A stretch of DNA of 64,000 nucleotides from an uncultured Thermoplasmata archaeon (GCA_963705355.1 OY970070.1:91056-155055); one strand, 5' to 3'; positions 1-10,726 are shown, counted from the stretch's first letter. Numbers and translations are program-made. Notes: generated from the sequence alone by a model not told the origin.

Positions 1-1
1 A

Positions 2-727
2 GTGGCGGGATGGATATGTGGCTATGATGAGCGGAGACACACAGACCAGAAGGGCAACGTGACCGTGGAGAAGATACCGAAGGAGATCATGGTGCTCCAG
101 GATTACGTCTTCTCTGAGATCGCCTGCGACCCGGGAGACTTGGGCATTCGGACGCTCAGGAACCTCATGGGTGAGACGAGCTTCGCGGATTTCGAGATGA
201 TTCCCACCTTTGAGGCGACGACGAGCAAGGACGATGCCGTGGTCCACGCCAAGAATGACGCCCTCGCCAAGGCTAGGGGCAGCGCACATGTGCCTCATGT
301 GACTTTCGAGAAACTGCACGAGTTCCCCAAGACGTTGACAATGATCTACTACCCGGTCTGGGTCGTGAGATACAACTACAGGGACCGGATGTACATGGAC
401 ACTGTCGACGGTGTGACTGGCCAGATCCTGTCAGGGAGAGCTCCGGGCGATCCTCTGTTCCAGAGCCTTGCTATGACTGGCGGTGCGGTCGCCGGCGGTC
501 TCGTCGCGGCGGGAGGCATTATCTACTCCGGAGCCTCGTATGCGAACGATTCGAGGATAGCATTAGTCGGCGTGGCGGTCGGGGCGGTCATCCTATTCCT
601 CGCGTACAACTTCTTCAGGCACGGATCGGAGAGGGTCGAGGGAGAGTTCAAGGAGAAGAAGGCATCCCTCGGAGGGGCCCTCAAACAGGTCCAGGACATA
701 TCCAAGCAGCTGGAGGGATTGAGATGA
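2..727 (+). CDS. hypothetical membrane-anchored protein (5' end outside window)
   Basis: ORF is open to the window edge. It has C-terminal Gly/Ala-rich hydrophobic segments (GGAVAGGLVAAGGIIY, LVGVAVGAVILFLAY) and a charged tail. Its stop overlaps the next start (ATGA at 724-727). No family recognised. Confidence 0.5.
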   Translation: MAGWICGYDERRHTDQKGNVTVEKIPKEIMVLQDYVFSEIACDPGDLGIRTLRNLMGETSFADFEMIPTFEATTSKDDAVVHAKNDALAKARGSAHVPHVTFEKLHEFPKTLTMIYYPVWVVRYNYRDRMYMDTVDGVTGQILSGRAPGDPLFQSLAMTGGAVAGGLVAAGGIIYSGASYANDSRIALVGVAVGAVILFLAYNFFRHGSERVEGEFKEKKASLGGALKQVQDISKQLEGLR

Positions 728-1311
728 GAGTGATCCAAGTCAAGTGCCCGCAGTGCAACAGCCCGATCCAGATGAAGCAGAAGGACAAGGTGTTTTATTG
801 CACTCAATGCAACACGATGCACATTCGCGACGAAGGGATTGAGAAGCTCGACTACGAGGTTGCCGAGTTCAACCCGACCGCGCAGGGTGAGAGGGCCTAC
901 ATGCCCTTCTGGAGGATCTACGCCACATTCGTGGTGCGCTCCAAGAGCGTCGAGGGCGGCACACTGTTCAAGCTGTCGACCATGCTGAGGGGCGGCGGTG
1001 ACAGCGGCAACATGTTCATCTACGTTCCCGCGGCCGAGCTGGACACGGCCAACTTCAGAAGGATCGCGGTCCAGTTCACGAGCAACCCGCCGAGATATCC
1101 GACGAGGCTCAACTTCGGGAATGTGGCTCGGCTGCCTGCGGCAATATCAAAGCAAGAAGCGGGCGAGCTGGCGGATTTCGTCGTCGTCACGATGGAGGCA
1201 GAGCAGCCGGGAGTCCTTCAGAGGCTGGATTATGATCTGACGGTGAACGACACGAAGCTTGTTTACCTGCCATTCGTGCGGACAGCACAGGGACTCATGC
1301 CAGCTCTCTGA
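724..1311 (+). CDS. hypothetical zinc-ribbon protein
   Basis: N-terminal CPQC-x15-CTQC zinc ribbon. Translationally coupled to the upstream ORF. Shares short aromatic motifs with it (YYPVWVV vs YMPFWRIY, LVYLPF). No family recognised. Confidence 0.5.
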   Translation: MRVIQVKCPQCNSPIQMKQKDKVFYCTQCNTMHIRDEGIEKLDYEVAEFNPTAQGERAYMPFWRIYATFVVRSKSVEGGTLFKLSTMLRGGGDSGNMFIYVPAAELDTANFRRIAVQFTSNPPRYPTRLNFGNVARLPAAISKQEAGELADFVVVTMEAEQPGVLQRLDYDLTVNDTKLVYLPFVRTAQGLMPAL

Positions 1312-1329
1312 TCCGAAACCACGCGAAAC

Positions 1330-2052
1330 TCATTTCGCGCTTCTTTCTTTTCTCTTCGAGAGGAAGTCCTGGACGATCTTGCCATGGTCGAAGGCGAACT
1401 TGGGAAGTCTGTCCAAGGGAACCCACTCGGCGTCCTTTGCATCGTCACCGGCTTTGAGCGAGCCTCCTACGGGCTCGAGATGATAGACCGCAGTCACGAA
1501 ATGGCCTCTCGGATCCCTGTCCGGTGCCGAGTAGACTCCGACCAGCTCCAAGATTCTGGTCTTCAGTCCCGTCTCCTCGAGCACCTCACGAACGACACAG
1601 TCCTCAAGAGTCTCCCCATAGTTGAGGAACCCTCCGGGCAACGCGTATGAGCCTCTGAACGGGTCCTTGAGGCGTCTGATGAGCGCCATCTCACTTCCTT
1701 TCAGAACGATCCCGTCGGCCGTGACCGACGGTTTCCTCCAGCCGTTCTCAAACTGGCTCTGCAGCGAAGCGGCCTTGTTTTCGTATTCGCGCAGGATCTC
1801 CTCCCCGAAAGGCGTGAGCGAAGTGATGCCACCTTCCTTGCCTCCCCGGATGGAATGAGCGACTTCTCCGCCCGCATTCTGCGAGATTCTTTGAATGATT
1901 CCCCAGGCATGCCTGTATGACATGCCCATCTCTTTGGCCGCTTTTGAGAGGGAGCCCAAGTCCTTGACTTTGCGGAGCAGCTTCGCTCTGCCATCGCTCA
2001 CTATGAACCTGCCATCGCGCTCCAGCCAAATCTTCAGCTTGAGTTCGTACAT
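1330..2052 (-). CDS. ModE-N-type HTH domain fused to a NUDIX hydrolase domain
   Basis: The N-terminus (GSLSKAAKEMGMSYRHAWGIIQRI) matches the ModE/LysR-like HTH. The C-terminus has a complete Nudix box, GGFLNYGETLEDCVVREVLEETGL. Confidence 0.75.
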   Translation of the reverse strand: MYELKLKIWLERDGRFIVSDGRAKLLRKVKDLGSLSKAAKEMGMSYRHAWGIIQRISQNAGGEVAHSIRGGKEGGITSLTPFGEEILREYENKAASLQSQFENGWRKPSVTADGIVLKGSEMALIRRLKDPFRGSYALPGGFLNYGETLEDCVVREVLEETGLKTRILELVGVYSAPDRDPRGHFVTAVYHLEPVGGSLKAGDDAKDAEWVPLDRLPKFAFDHGKIVQDFLSKRKERSAK

Positions 2053-2069
2053 TAGGTCCCAATCCCTGT

Positions 2070-3722
2070 TCAGCGAAGCATGGGGATCTTCACTTTCTTC
2101 TTCTTGGCAATCCTAATCGCATCTGGGTATCCGGCATCAGCGTGTCTCAGTATGCCCATGCCCGGATCAGTCGTGAGCACTCGCTCGATCTTCTCCTCAG
2201 CCTCCTTCGTGCCGTCTGCAACAACAAGCAAGCCGGCGTGGGTCGAGTATCCAATGCCCACACCACCGCCGTTATGAAGGGCGACGAGATCCGCGCCCGC
2301 CGCCGTGTTGATGAGGGCATTCAACATGGGCCAATCAGCAATCGCGTCGCTGCCGTCTCTCATTCCCTCGGTCTCCCTGTTCGGAGATGCGACAGATCCG
2401 CAGTCCAGATGATCCCTCGTGATCACGATTGGAGCCTTGAGCTCCTTCTCCGCGACCATCCTGTTTATTATCTTCCCGAACTTGGCCCGTTCGCCGTAGC
2501 CGAGCCAACACACTCTGGCGGGAAGGCCCTCGAAGGGAACCTTCTTCTCGGCCAACTTAATCCAGTTGACGAGCTGCTTGTTCTCCTTGAACTCCCTCAT
2601 CACGATCTTGTCAGTCTTCAGGATATCCTGCGGGTCACCTGATAGTGCGACCCATCTAAACGGTCCTCGGCCCTCGCAGAACATCGGTCTGATGTAGAGT
2701 GGCACGAACCCTTTGAATGCGAACGCGTCCTTCACTCCCGCCTTGAGCGCCTGGCCACGGATATTATTCCCATAGTCGAATACAATCGAACCTTTCTTCA
2801 TGAATGCGAGCATCGCCCGCACGTGAATCGCTATGCTCCCCATCGCGCGTCGGCGGTACTCATCTGGATTAGAGGCTCTCAGCTCTGCGGCCTCATCCAT
2901 GCTGAGCCCTTTCGGGATGTATCCTCCCAGCTCGTCGTGCGCAGAGGTCTGGTCCGTCACAGCATCTGGGATAATGCCCTTGTCGACCAGCAAAGGGTGA
3001 GTTTCCGCGCAGTTCCCGAGCAAGCCGATTGACAGCGCCTTCCCATGCTTCTTCGCATCGAGAGCGGTCCTGACGGCCTCGTCGAGGTCCTTCAGCTTCA
3101 TGTCGCAGTATCCGTTTTTCACACGTCTGTCAATCCTCTTCTCATCGCATTCGACCGCAAGGCAAACGCCTCCATTCATCGTCACGGCGAGTGGTTGCGC
3201 TCCACCCATGCCTCCAAGTCCGCCGGTCAACACCAGCTTCCCCTTCAGAGTCCCTCCGTAGTTCTGTCGCGCGCATTCAGCGAATGTCTCGTAGGTCCCC
3301 TGCAGTATTCCCTGGGTTCCGATATATGCCCACCCCCCTGCAGTCATCTGCCCAAACATGATCAGACCCTTCGCTTCCAACTCGTGGAAGACCTCCCATG
3401 TCGACCACCTTGGAACCAAATGAGCGTTTGCGGTGAGCACTCTCGGGGCAAGCTCGGTCGTCCTGAAGACACCGACCGGTTTTCCTGATTGGATGAGCAG
3501 AGTCTCGTCCCCTTCGAGTTCCGTGAGGGACTTGACAATCGCATTGAAGCAGTCCCAATTCCTCGCGGCCTTGCCCGTGCCGCCGTAGATTATCAGCTCT
3601 TCCGGCTTCTCCGCGTTCTCGAGGTTGTTCTGGAGCATCCTCAGGATGGCCTCCTGCCTCCAGCCCTTGCAGGAAAGCCTTGTGCCCCGTCGAGCCTTGA
3701 TCTTCTTCATGGGCCTCAGCAT
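2070..3722 (-). CDS. hutU: urocanate hydratase
   Basis: Full-length urocanase-like sequence ([29 protein letters not shown]-binding core). The start is probably an internal Met (MLRPMKK or MKKIKARRG) rather than 3782. Confidence 0.85.
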   Translation of the reverse strand: MLRPMKKIKARRGTRLSCKGWRQEAILRMLQNNLENAEKPEELIIYGGTGKAARNWDCFNAIVKSLTELEGDETLLIQSGKPVGVFRTTELAPRVLTANAHLVPRWSTWEVFHELEAKGLIMFGQMTAGGWAYIGTQGILQGTYETFAECARQNYGGTLKGKLVLTGGLGGMGGAQPLAVTMNGGVCLAVECDEKRIDRRVKNGYCDMKLKDLDEAVRTALDAKKHGKALSIGLLGNCAETHPLLVDKGIIPDAVTDQTSAHDELGGYIPKGLSMDEAAELRASNPDEYRRRAMGSIAIHVRAMLAFMKKGSIVFDYGNNIRGQALKAGVKDAFAFKGFVPLYIRPMFCEGRGPFRWVALSGDPQDILKTDKIVMREFKENKQLVNWIKLAEKKVPFEGLPARVCWLGYGERAKFGKIINRMVAEKELKAPIVITRDHLDCGSVASPNRETEGMRDGSDAIADWPMLNALINTAAGADLVALHNGGGVGIGYSTHAGLLVVADGTKEAEEKIERVLTTDPGMGILRHADAGYPDAIRIAKKKKVKIPMLR

Positions 3723-3793
3723 CCACAGAAATCTAGTGCGATAATAGGCTTTTGGCCGCCGTGCCAAGGGAGGCTTTATCACAGGTTCGGAGC

Positions 3794-4771
3794 ATGACCT
3801 CCGAGGCTATGTTCGACATTCCCACCGTGCTCACCGCAGATGAGATACTGGACAAGGCGTTCAAGCGGGCCTCGAAGGTCGATTTCGAGGGTCAAACGCG
3901 GATAGAGACGGTGAGGGAGATCAACATCGGGAAGCTGAAGTCCGCCAGCGACACGATTGTCAGCACGATGGGCAAGTATGTCAAGGCATTTCCGAGCATC
4001 GACAGGCAGAGCCCGTTCTATGCCGAGTTGATCGATGTCACGATCGGCAGGGACAAGCTGAAGAAATCGCTTGGCGCAATGGATTGGTGCAGGGGAACCG
4101 TGGCGAGGGTTGCAAAGGTTGCCATGAAGGAAATTGCCTTCGCAAGACACATCGGACGGATCGATGAGATACGCAGATCCACATACGGGCGCATCTCATC
4201 ATTGGTGAAACAAGTCGATAAGGAGCTGTCGTTCCTCGCAAATGCGAGGCACGTGATGAAGAAGTTCCCGGCCGTGAATCCGGATGATCCGACTATAGTC
4301 GTCGCAGGCTCTCCGAACGTCGGTAAGAGCCAGCTTGTTGCGAAGATCTCCACTGCGAAGCCGAGGGTCGCGGTATATCCCTTCACCACTCAAGAGATAT
4401 CAGTGGGGAAGTTCGAGAAGAAGTACTTCCGATACCAGGTCATCGACACGCCTGGCCTCCTTGACAGAGAGCTCAGCGAAAGGAATCCATTTGAGCTCAG
4501 GGGCATCCTCGCCCTCAAGCATCTGGCCGACGTGGTCCTGTTCATGTTTGACCCCACCGAAACGTGCGGTTATCCAATGGCCCAGCAGGAACATCTGCTG
4601 GAAACCGTGAAGAGGGAGTTCTCTTCGGTCCCTATCGTCGAGGTCGAAAACAAATCAGACATGGCGAAGACGAAGAGCGACCGAATCAAGATATCTGCCG
4701 AGACAGGGGCGGGCATTCAGAAACTCGTAGATCATCTAGTTGGACTTCTGAAATCTCAGCAACGCTTATAG
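3794..4771 (+). CDS. NOG1-family GTP-binding protein
   Basis: G1 [12 protein letters not shown]3 DTPGLLD, G4 ENKSD. The N-terminal NOG1-like helical domain starts [20 protein letters not shown]. The start is 3794 or 3809. Confidence 0.8.
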   Translation: MTSEAMFDIPTVLTADEILDKAFKRASKVDFEGQTRIETVREINIGKLKSASDTIVSTMGKYVKAFPSIDRQSPFYAELIDVTIGRDKLKKSLGAMDWCRGTVARVAKVAMKEIAFARHIGRIDEIRRSTYGRISSLVKQVDKELSFLANARHVMKKFPAVNPDDPTIVVAGSPNVGKSQLVAKISTAKPRVAVYPFTTQEISVGKFEKKYFRYQVIDTPGLLDRELSERNPFELRGILALKHLADVVLFMFDPTETCGYPMAQQEHLLETVKREFSSVPIVEVENKSDMAKTKSDRIKISAETGAGIQKLVDHLVGLLKSQQRL

Positions 4772-4862
4772 TCGGGAGCCCCGATTATCTCACGGGATCG
4801 CACATCTTTGCGAACACGCGGCGGGATGGGGCTATTCTCCGCGGTTCAGTGTTCGGGGGAGC

Positions 4863-7800
4863 ATGAAATCAGTTGTGTGCAGCGAATCGATGGAAGACTA
4901 CTTCTCGACCCTCCAGCGCGAGGTAGACGTCTGCTACGATGTGGCGAAGCGAGCTAGGATGAAAGGCCTCGACCCGGAACTGGATGTCGAGATCCCTCAG
5001 GCCTCAGACCTGGCGGCGAGAGTCGAGAAACTCCTCTTTGAATGGGAGGTTGAGGGGGTGGCTTCCAGGATTCGAGAGCTGAGCCGCGACCATGACCGAG
5101 AAGAGGTTTCGATTCTGATCGCAAAGGAATATGCCAGGATGCCGGCCAAGTCCCGGGAATTCGCCATCGAGAGGGCGATAAGGGTCGGACTCGCCGTTCT
5201 CACGGAAGGAATCCTCGTCGCTCCTCTGGAAGGAATCACTGGAGCTACCACGAACAAGAACCCGGACGGCTCGGAATATCTCACCGTTTACTACTCAGGC
5301 CCAATCAGATCTGCTGGTGGAACTGGACAAGCGATGAGCGTTCTGATTGCGGATATCGTGCGGCGCGAACTCGGCCTGGCCAGGTACATTCCAACCACAG
5401 GGGAAGTGCAGAGGTTCAAAGAGGAGATCCCTCTTTACAAATCGTGCCAGCATCTTCAGTACACTCCGACCAACGAAGAGATAGACTTGATGGCCAGGAA
5501 CACGCCGATATGCATAGACGGAGAGGGGACGGAAGACGCTGAGATATCAGGGTTCAGGGACCTCCCAAGGGTGAGTACAAACCGTGTCAGGGGAGGTGCA
5601 TGCTTAGTCATCGCAGAGGGTCTGTGCCTGAAAGCCCCTAAGGTCCAGAAGCACGTCAAGAGGCTGGGGATCGACGGTTGGGAGTTCATCGACCAGTTCC
5701 TCAATCTGAAGAAGAAGGGTGTGGAGGACGGTAGTTCCGAGATCGCCCCCAGCGCCAAGTTTCTGAAGGACATGTTGGCAGGAAGACCGGTTCTCTCATA
5801 TCCTTCCAGGGTGGGGGGGTTCAGGCTTCGATATGGCAGGACCAGAGCGACCGGACTTGCAGCGCTTGCGATGAACCCGGCCACGATGTTGCTGCTTGGT
5901 GAATTCGTGGCCATTGGGACGCAGGTAAAGGTCGAACGACCGGGAAAGGCAGGAGCAATCACTCCATGCGATACTATCGAAGGTCCAATTGCGCTTCTTG
6001 ACAACGGAGATCTTGTCCAGGCGAACACTACTGAACAAGCGAAGGTCATCCAAGGTCGAATCAAGGAGATCGTTGATGTGGGAGAGCTGCTTGTGCCCTA
6101 CGGCGAGTTCGTCGAGAACAACCATCTGTTGATGCCCAGCGGATATTGTCTGGAATGGCACAGGGAAGAACTCCTGGACAAGTGCGGCAGTCTGCCTCAG
6201 AATTGGGAGCACCCCACATTCGACGAAGCGGTCAAGACCTCTGCCGAACACGGCGTCCCGCTTCATCCAGATTTCAACCTCTTTTGGTCCGATGTGAGCG
6301 TCCAGGACATACTGGCCATCCGCGACCATGTACTCCAGACAGGCAGTATCAAGGACGGCGCGCTCATTGTTGCTGATGACAAGGATGCGAAGCTCATCTT
6401 CGAAAGGCTTGGGGCCCTGCACACAGTGGATGGAAAAAACCTAGTGATCGGAGACTACTCGAAGCCGCTGCTTCTCGGCTTGGGTCTGGAGGCCGAAGGA
6501 GAGAGGGTGAAGCCGGGAGCGACTTCGATTCCCAATACTGCTAACCCGCTCGAGATGGTCTCCGCCTTGGCGGGGATTGAGGTTCGGGCGAGGGCGGTGA
6601 CCAGGATAGGCGCGAGGGTCGCCCGGCCCGAGAAGGCCAGAGAGAGACGCATGAAGCCTCCTCCTCATGGTCTCTTCCCAGTCGGAGTCACCGGCGGCCC
6701 CCAGAGGATCGTCAACCTCGCAGCCGATGCCGGGGAGATCAAAGTCGAGTTGGGAGAACGCATATGTCCCATGTGTGATCGGAAGGCCTTCTTGGCGAGG
6801 TGCGAATGCGGATCGCATACAGTTGTAGCGGGGAATCCTGAGGTGCAGGATGTCCCCATCGGCAGGATTTTCCAGGAGGCACTCGAGCTGCTCAAGGAGA
6901 AGCGGACCCTGGAGGTCAAAGGAGTCCAGGGAATGATTTCTAAGAACAAAACTCCTGAGATGATCGAGAAGGGAATCCTGAGGGCCAGGAACGAAGTCTA
7001 TGTTTTCAAGGACGGGACGATCCGGGTCGATGCCACCGATGTTCCTCTGACGCATTTCTGCCCCGAAGAGGTCGAGATCGATGTCGTGACCGCCAGATCT
7101 CTAGGCTACCTCAAGGACTATCAAGGAAGGGAACTCGATGACCCAGATCAGCTCCTCGAGCTCAGGGTGCAGGACCTTGTGATATCGAACGCGTGTGTGG
7201 ACTACATGATTCACACTGCGCATTTCGTGGACGACTTGCTGGTGAAGGTCTATGGGCTCGAGCCGTTCTACAACATCAGGGACAAGGGAGACCTTGTCGG
7301 CCATCTCGTCGTTGGGCTTGCACCCCATACTTCGGGTGGTGTTCTCGCTCGAGTCATCGGGTTCGCGGATGCGCATGCGGGGTACGCCCACCCATTCTTC
7401 CACGCGGCGAAGCGTAGGAACTGCGACGGTGACGAGGACTCAGTCATTCTACTGATGGATTGTCTTCTGAATTTCTCGCGGGCGTTCCTGCCGGAGAAGC
7501 GGGGAGGGCTGATGGACGCGCCGCTGGTTCTGACGACGAAGCTGGACCCGAACGAGATCGACAAGGAGGCCCACAATATGGATGTGGGCGGGAGGTATCC
7601 GCTCGAGTTCTACAGGGCCACACAGAGATATGCTCACCCGAAGGAGGTGGAGCAGATGATGGACCTCGTGAGCGGGAGGATCGGGACGGTCCTGCAGTTC
7701 GAGGGCATGAGCTTCACCCACCAGATCCGTGACATCTCTGGTGGCCCAATCAGCTCAGCATACACCTCCTTGGAGACGATGGATGACAAGCTCCGGGCCC

Positions 7801-8171
7801 AGATCGCCCTCGGCATCAAGATAAGGGCAGTGGACGAGGCTGATGTTGTCCACAGGATAATCACGAGACATCTTCTGCCCGACATCCAGGGAAGCCTGAA
7901 GAGCTTCACCGGACAGCAACTGAGATGCTCAAAGTGCGGCGCGAAGTACAGACGAATTCCACTCAAAGGAAAATGCTACTGCGGGCACAAGCTCACTCTC
8001 ACCGTGCATGAGGCGGGAGTGAGCAAGTACCTGGAAAGGGCGAAGGAGATCGGGAACGCGTTCAACGTTCCACCATACACCCTGCAGAGGATAGCCTTGC
8101 TGGAGAACTCGATCAATTCGCTCTTTCAATCGGACAAGGTGAAGAACCCGAAGCTGGACGAGTTCGAGTGA
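4863..8171 (+). CDS. polC: DNA polymerase II (PolD) large subunit DP2
   Basis: 1102 aa with a typical DP2 N-terminus (DPELDVEIPQASDLAARVE), Cys clusters (CPMCDRKAFLARCECG; CSKCGAKYRRIPLKGKCYCG) and a catalytic core. No intein-sized insertion. Confidence 0.93.
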   Translation: MKSVVCSESMEDYFSTLQREVDVCYDVAKRARMKGLDPELDVEIPQASDLAARVEKLLFEWEVEGVASRIRELSRDHDREEVSILIAKEYARMPAKSREFAIERAIRVGLAVLTEGILVAPLEGITGATTNKNPDGSEYLTVYYSGPIRSAGGTGQAMSVLIADIVRRELGLARYIPTTGEVQRFKEEIPLYKSCQHLQYTPTNEEIDLMARNTPICIDGEGTEDAEISGFRDLPRVSTNRVRGGACLVIAEGLCLKAPKVQKHVKRLGIDGWEFIDQFLNLKKKGVEDGSSEIAPSAKFLKDMLAGRPVLSYPSRVGGFRLRYGRTRATGLAALAMNPATMLLLGEFVAIGTQVKVERPGKAGAITPCDTIEGPIALLDNGDLVQANTTEQAKVIQGRIKEIVDVGELLVPYGEFVENNHLLMPSGYCLEWHREELLDKCGSLPQNWEHPTFDEAVKTSAEHGVPLHPDFNLFWSDVSVQDILAIRDHVLQTGSIKDGALIVADDKDAKLIFERLGALHTVDGKNLVIGDYSKPLLLGLGLEAEGERVKPGATSIPNTANPLEMVSALAGIEVRARAVTRIGARVARPEKARERRMKPPPHGLFPVGVTGGPQRIVNLAADAGEIKVELGERICPMCDRKAFLARCECGSHTVVAGNPEVQDVPIGRIFQEALELLKEKRTLEVKGVQGMISKNKTPEMIEKGILRARNEVYVFKDGTIRVDATDVPLTHFCPEEVEIDVVTARSLGYLKDYQGRELDDPDQLLELRVQDLVISNACVDYMIHTAHFVDDLLVKVYGLEPFYNIRDKGDLVGHLVVGLAPHTSGGVLARVIGFADAHAGYAHPFFHAAKRRNCDGDEDSVILLMDCLLNFSRAFLPEKRGGLMDAPLVLTTKLDPNEIDKEAHNMDVGGRYPLEFYRATQRYAHPKEVEQMMDLVSGRIGTVLQFEGMSFTHQIRDISGGPISSAYTSLETMDDKLRAQIALGIKIRAVDEADVVHRIITRHLLPDIQGSLKSFTGQQLRCSKCGAKYRRIPLKGKCYCGHKLTLTVHEAGVSKYLERAKEIGNAFNVPPYTLQRIALLENSINSLFQSDKVKNPKLDEFE

Positions 8172-8173
8172 GC

Positions 8174-9010
8174 TCACTCTTCCAAAGTCGAAATCTGCTC
8201 CCTGAGGCCTTCGAACCTCTCCTCGAGGATCTTCAGCCCTCGAATGAGGACTTCCTTGGCAGTGAGCGCTCCATCAGTCTCGAATCTGAAAAGTACCTTC
8301 GAAGGGTCGCCCGTCACCTTGATCACGCCTGCATCGCAGACCTCGATGCAGCTGTTGCACAGGTTGCACTTCTCGGGATGCTTCGCGACGATTTTGCGGT
8401 CTTCCTTGGCCAGCACTCCCTTCGGGCAGACCTTCACGCAGCTCCCGCCGAGGTCGCACTTAGAACTGTCAATCTCGATCTTTGCGAAATACCTGTAGCC
8501 GGCCCCGAGAGCGGCCTGCCACTTGGCGTGCTGCTTTCCGGTGCCGAGCTCGGCTGTCGCATAGACGAGCAGCGCCTGGTCTTCCGCCAGCTTCACGATC
8601 GGGATCAGATCGTCCTTGATCTTGTACTTCGAGTCTCCGACGGGCTCGAGATCTCCTGAGTAGACGGTGCAAGGCCCTTTCTTGTTCAGCGAGTACATGA
8701 TCGTGCAGCTCGGACATCCCTCACCATTGCATGTGCACTTCGCCCTGAAATTGAACGCGTCGAGGTCCGTCGGGATCGGTATGAGCCCAAGCCTGTGAGA
8801 CACGATCTCGTCGAACAAGGGCGAAACGCTCTCGAACGCGGCGCCCTTTTCATCCATGATCGGGCCCAGGTGGAACTCGACATTGTCCAGTGCCATCTTC
8901 GGGACATTGGATATGATGGTCCTCCTGAGGGCGTTGGCGAACGCTGGGCTCGTGTCCGTGATCACGAACTGCGCCTTCGTCGGCGTCATCTCGACTATGT
9001 TGATCTTCAT
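8174..9010 (-). CDS. rpoD: DNA-directed RNA polymerase subunit D (Rpo3) with 4Fe-4S ferredoxin-like insert
   Basis: Starts MKINIVEMTPTKAQFVITDTSPAFANALRR. Cys clusters CTCNGEGCPSC and CDLGGSCVKVCP...CNLCNSCIEVC. Sits at the end of the S13-S4-S11 operon. Confidence 0.9.
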   Translation of the reverse strand: MKINIVEMTPTKAQFVITDTSPAFANALRRTIISNVPKMALDNVEFHLGPIMDEKGAAFESVSPLFDEIVSHRLGLIPIPTDLDAFNFRAKCTCNGEGCPSCTIMYSLNKKGPCTVYSGDLEPVGDSKYKIKDDLIPIVKLAEDQALLVYATAELGTGKQHAKWQAALGAGYRYFAKIEIDSSKCDLGGSCVKVCPKGVLAKEDRKIVAKHPEKCNLCNSCIEVCDAGVIKVTGDPSKVLFRFETDGALTAKEVLIRGLKILEERFEGLREQISTLEE

Positions 9011-9021
9011 TTAGAACCACT

Positions 9022-9414
9022 CTAGACTCTGCGTCCCCTTCTGCCGCCCTTCTTCTTGGTTCCATCGTGCGGCACAGGTGTGACGTCCTCGATTCTTCCG
9101 ATCCTGAGGCCTGCCCTGGCGAGGGCCCTGATAGCCGCCTGGGCTCCTGGCCCTGGCGAAGCCGATTTATTTCCTCCGGGCGCGCGGACCTGAACATGAA
9201 TGCTGTCGATGCCCTTCTCCTTGGCGATCTCGGCCACCTTCTCAGCCGCCTTCATCGCCGCGTACGGAGAGGCTTCGTCCTTGGCGGCCTTCACGACCAT
9301 GCCCCCGCTGGCCTTCGTGATGGTCTCTGCGCCGGTGACGTCCGTGATAGTGATTATGATGTTGTTATAGCTGGCGAATATGTGCGCTATGCCCCACTTG
9401 CCCATCCAGATCAC
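9022..9414 (-). CDS. rps11: 30S ribosomal protein S11
   Basis: [18 protein letters not shown] and VRAPGG motifs, and conserved operon position. Confidence 0.93.
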   Translation of the reverse strand: MIWMGKWGIAHIFASYNNIIITITDVTGAETITKASGGMVVKAAKDEASPYAAMKAAEKVAEIAKEKGIDSIHVQVRAPGGNKSASPGPGAQAAIRALARAGLRIGRIEDVTPVPHDGTKKKGGRRGRRV

Positions 9415-10118
9415 CTCTTCTCCTCAGGCTCAGTTGGTTCCGGGGGCGTCGCAGCTTCGATGTCCTCCTCCTTCTCCTCCTTGAGCTCGGTTGTGATGAT
9501 CTTCTTCAGCTTGGGCTTGGCGACCTTGATCTCCTCCTTCTCCTCGCGCTCCTTCTTCACCGCTTCCTCTTGAGCCTTCGCCTGGAGTTCTTCCGGCTTC
9601 GGCCTCATCGGGTGGAGGTCATTTGCTATCGGGGATGTCACATAGTACTGGATCTGGTCTTCTTCCCCTCTCTTGACAAGGTAGCCCGGAATCGTGACCT
9701 TGCGAGGACCCACCGCTGCGTGTCCATGTACTATGAACTGTCTCGCCTGCTTGGGCGTGTACGCCAGCCCCTTCCTGAATACCATGGTCTGCAATCTGCG
9801 GGCAAGGATGTTCTCGGTCGTGAGAAGGAGGACGTCGTTCAGAGTGGCCCCCTCCAGAGGAAGCAGTGATAGCCGAGCACATCTCGCCAAGAGCTGATTG
9901 GTCTCTATCTTCGCCTGCGGATCGCCAGTTCTTGTTCTGGCCTGAAGTTCCCTGCTCTGGGCCCTCATTGATCTGACGAGCGATTGCGCGCGCCAAAGCT
10001 CCCTCTTGTTCTTCAATCCGTACTTCATGAGAATATCGTTCTCGGCCTTGATCCGCTCTCCTTCCCACGGGTGGGCTGGAGTTTCATACTTCCTTCGAGA
10101 AAACTTAGGGTCTCCCAT
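9411..10118 (-). CDS. rps4: 30S ribosomal protein S4 with Lys/Glu-rich C-terminal extension
   Basis: Starts [19 protein letters not shown] with an S4 domain, followed by an in-frame KE-rich tail of about 55 aa. Confidence 0.9.
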   Translation of the reverse strand: MGDPKFSRRKYETPAHPWEGERIKAENDILMKYGLKNKRELWRAQSLVRSMRAQSRELQARTRTGDPQAKIETNQLLARCARLSLLPLEGATLNDVLLLTTENILARRLQTMVFRKGLAYTPKQARQFIVHGHAAVGPRKVTIPGYLVKRGEEDQIQYYVTSPIANDLHPMRPKPEELQAKAQEEAVKKEREEKEEIKVAKPKLKKIITTELKEEKEEDIEAATPPEPTEPEEKR

Positions 10119-10126
10119 GGGTCACA

Positions 10127-10726
10127 CTACTCCTTCTTTTTCTCGTCCTCGCCCGCAGCTCCGGGCTCGAGCTTCTTTCTGATGACACCCATGGTCATGC
10201 CGGTCCTGCCGTTGGACCTCGTCCTCTGGCCTCTGACCTTCTGACCCTGTTCGTGCCGGATGCCCTTGTAGCATCTGATCATCTTCATCAGGTTGACGTC
10301 GTCTCTCCTGTTGAGCTCAACATCAACTCCTACAAGGTGCATGTCCGCGCCGGTCGACCAATCGCTTTGCCGGTTGACCATCCAGTGGGGGACCTTTTCG
10401 GAATAGTCCATGACGAGCTTCTCGAGCTCGTCGGTCTTCGTCTCCGGCAGGTCTCCGATCTTTGTCTGCCTGGGGATACCCGCCATCCTGGCGATGACCT
10501 CTGCGCTCCTTAATCCGACGCCCTTGATGCCCGAGAGGGCGATGACTATGTTCTTGTTGCCGTCGAGGTCTGTGTTGACGATTCTCACGATGTATCTGAA
10601 GTTCTCATCTCTCTTCTCAACAGGCTTCTTTTCAGCGGGTGGGCCCTTCTCCCCCTTCTTCGTAGCTTTCGCTGCTTCCCTATCCTTGGGCGCACCCTTT
10701 GTTTTGGCCTCTTTCTCCTCGGGCAA
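10127..10726 (-). CDS. rps13: 30S ribosomal protein S13 with Lys-rich N-terminal extension
   Basis: The core FRYIVRIVNTDLDGNK...GIRH..G..VRGQRT is preceded by about 40 aa of K/E/P-rich sequence. No alternative in-frame start was seen. Confidence 0.88.
   Translation of the reverse strand: MPEEKEAKTKGAPKDREAAKATKKGEKGPPAEKKPVEKRDENFRYIVRIVNTDLDGNKNIVIALSGIKGVGLRSAEVIARMAGIPRQTKIGDLPETKTDELEKLVMDYSEKVPHWMVNRQSDWSTGADMHLVGVDVELNRRDDVNLMKMIRCYKGIRHEQGQKVRGQRTRSNGRTGMTMGVIRKKLEPGAAGEDEKKKE

Noticed and set aside
2070-3782. The full 570-aa hutU ORF starting at 3782 and overlapping the NOG1-like ORF that starts at 3752.
   Set aside because: The first about 20 codons ([20 protein letters not shown]) do not resemble urocanase N-termini, and they would overlap the divergent gene. 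Internal Met starts at 3722 or 3710 (hutU) and 3794 or 3809 (NOG1-like) fit better.
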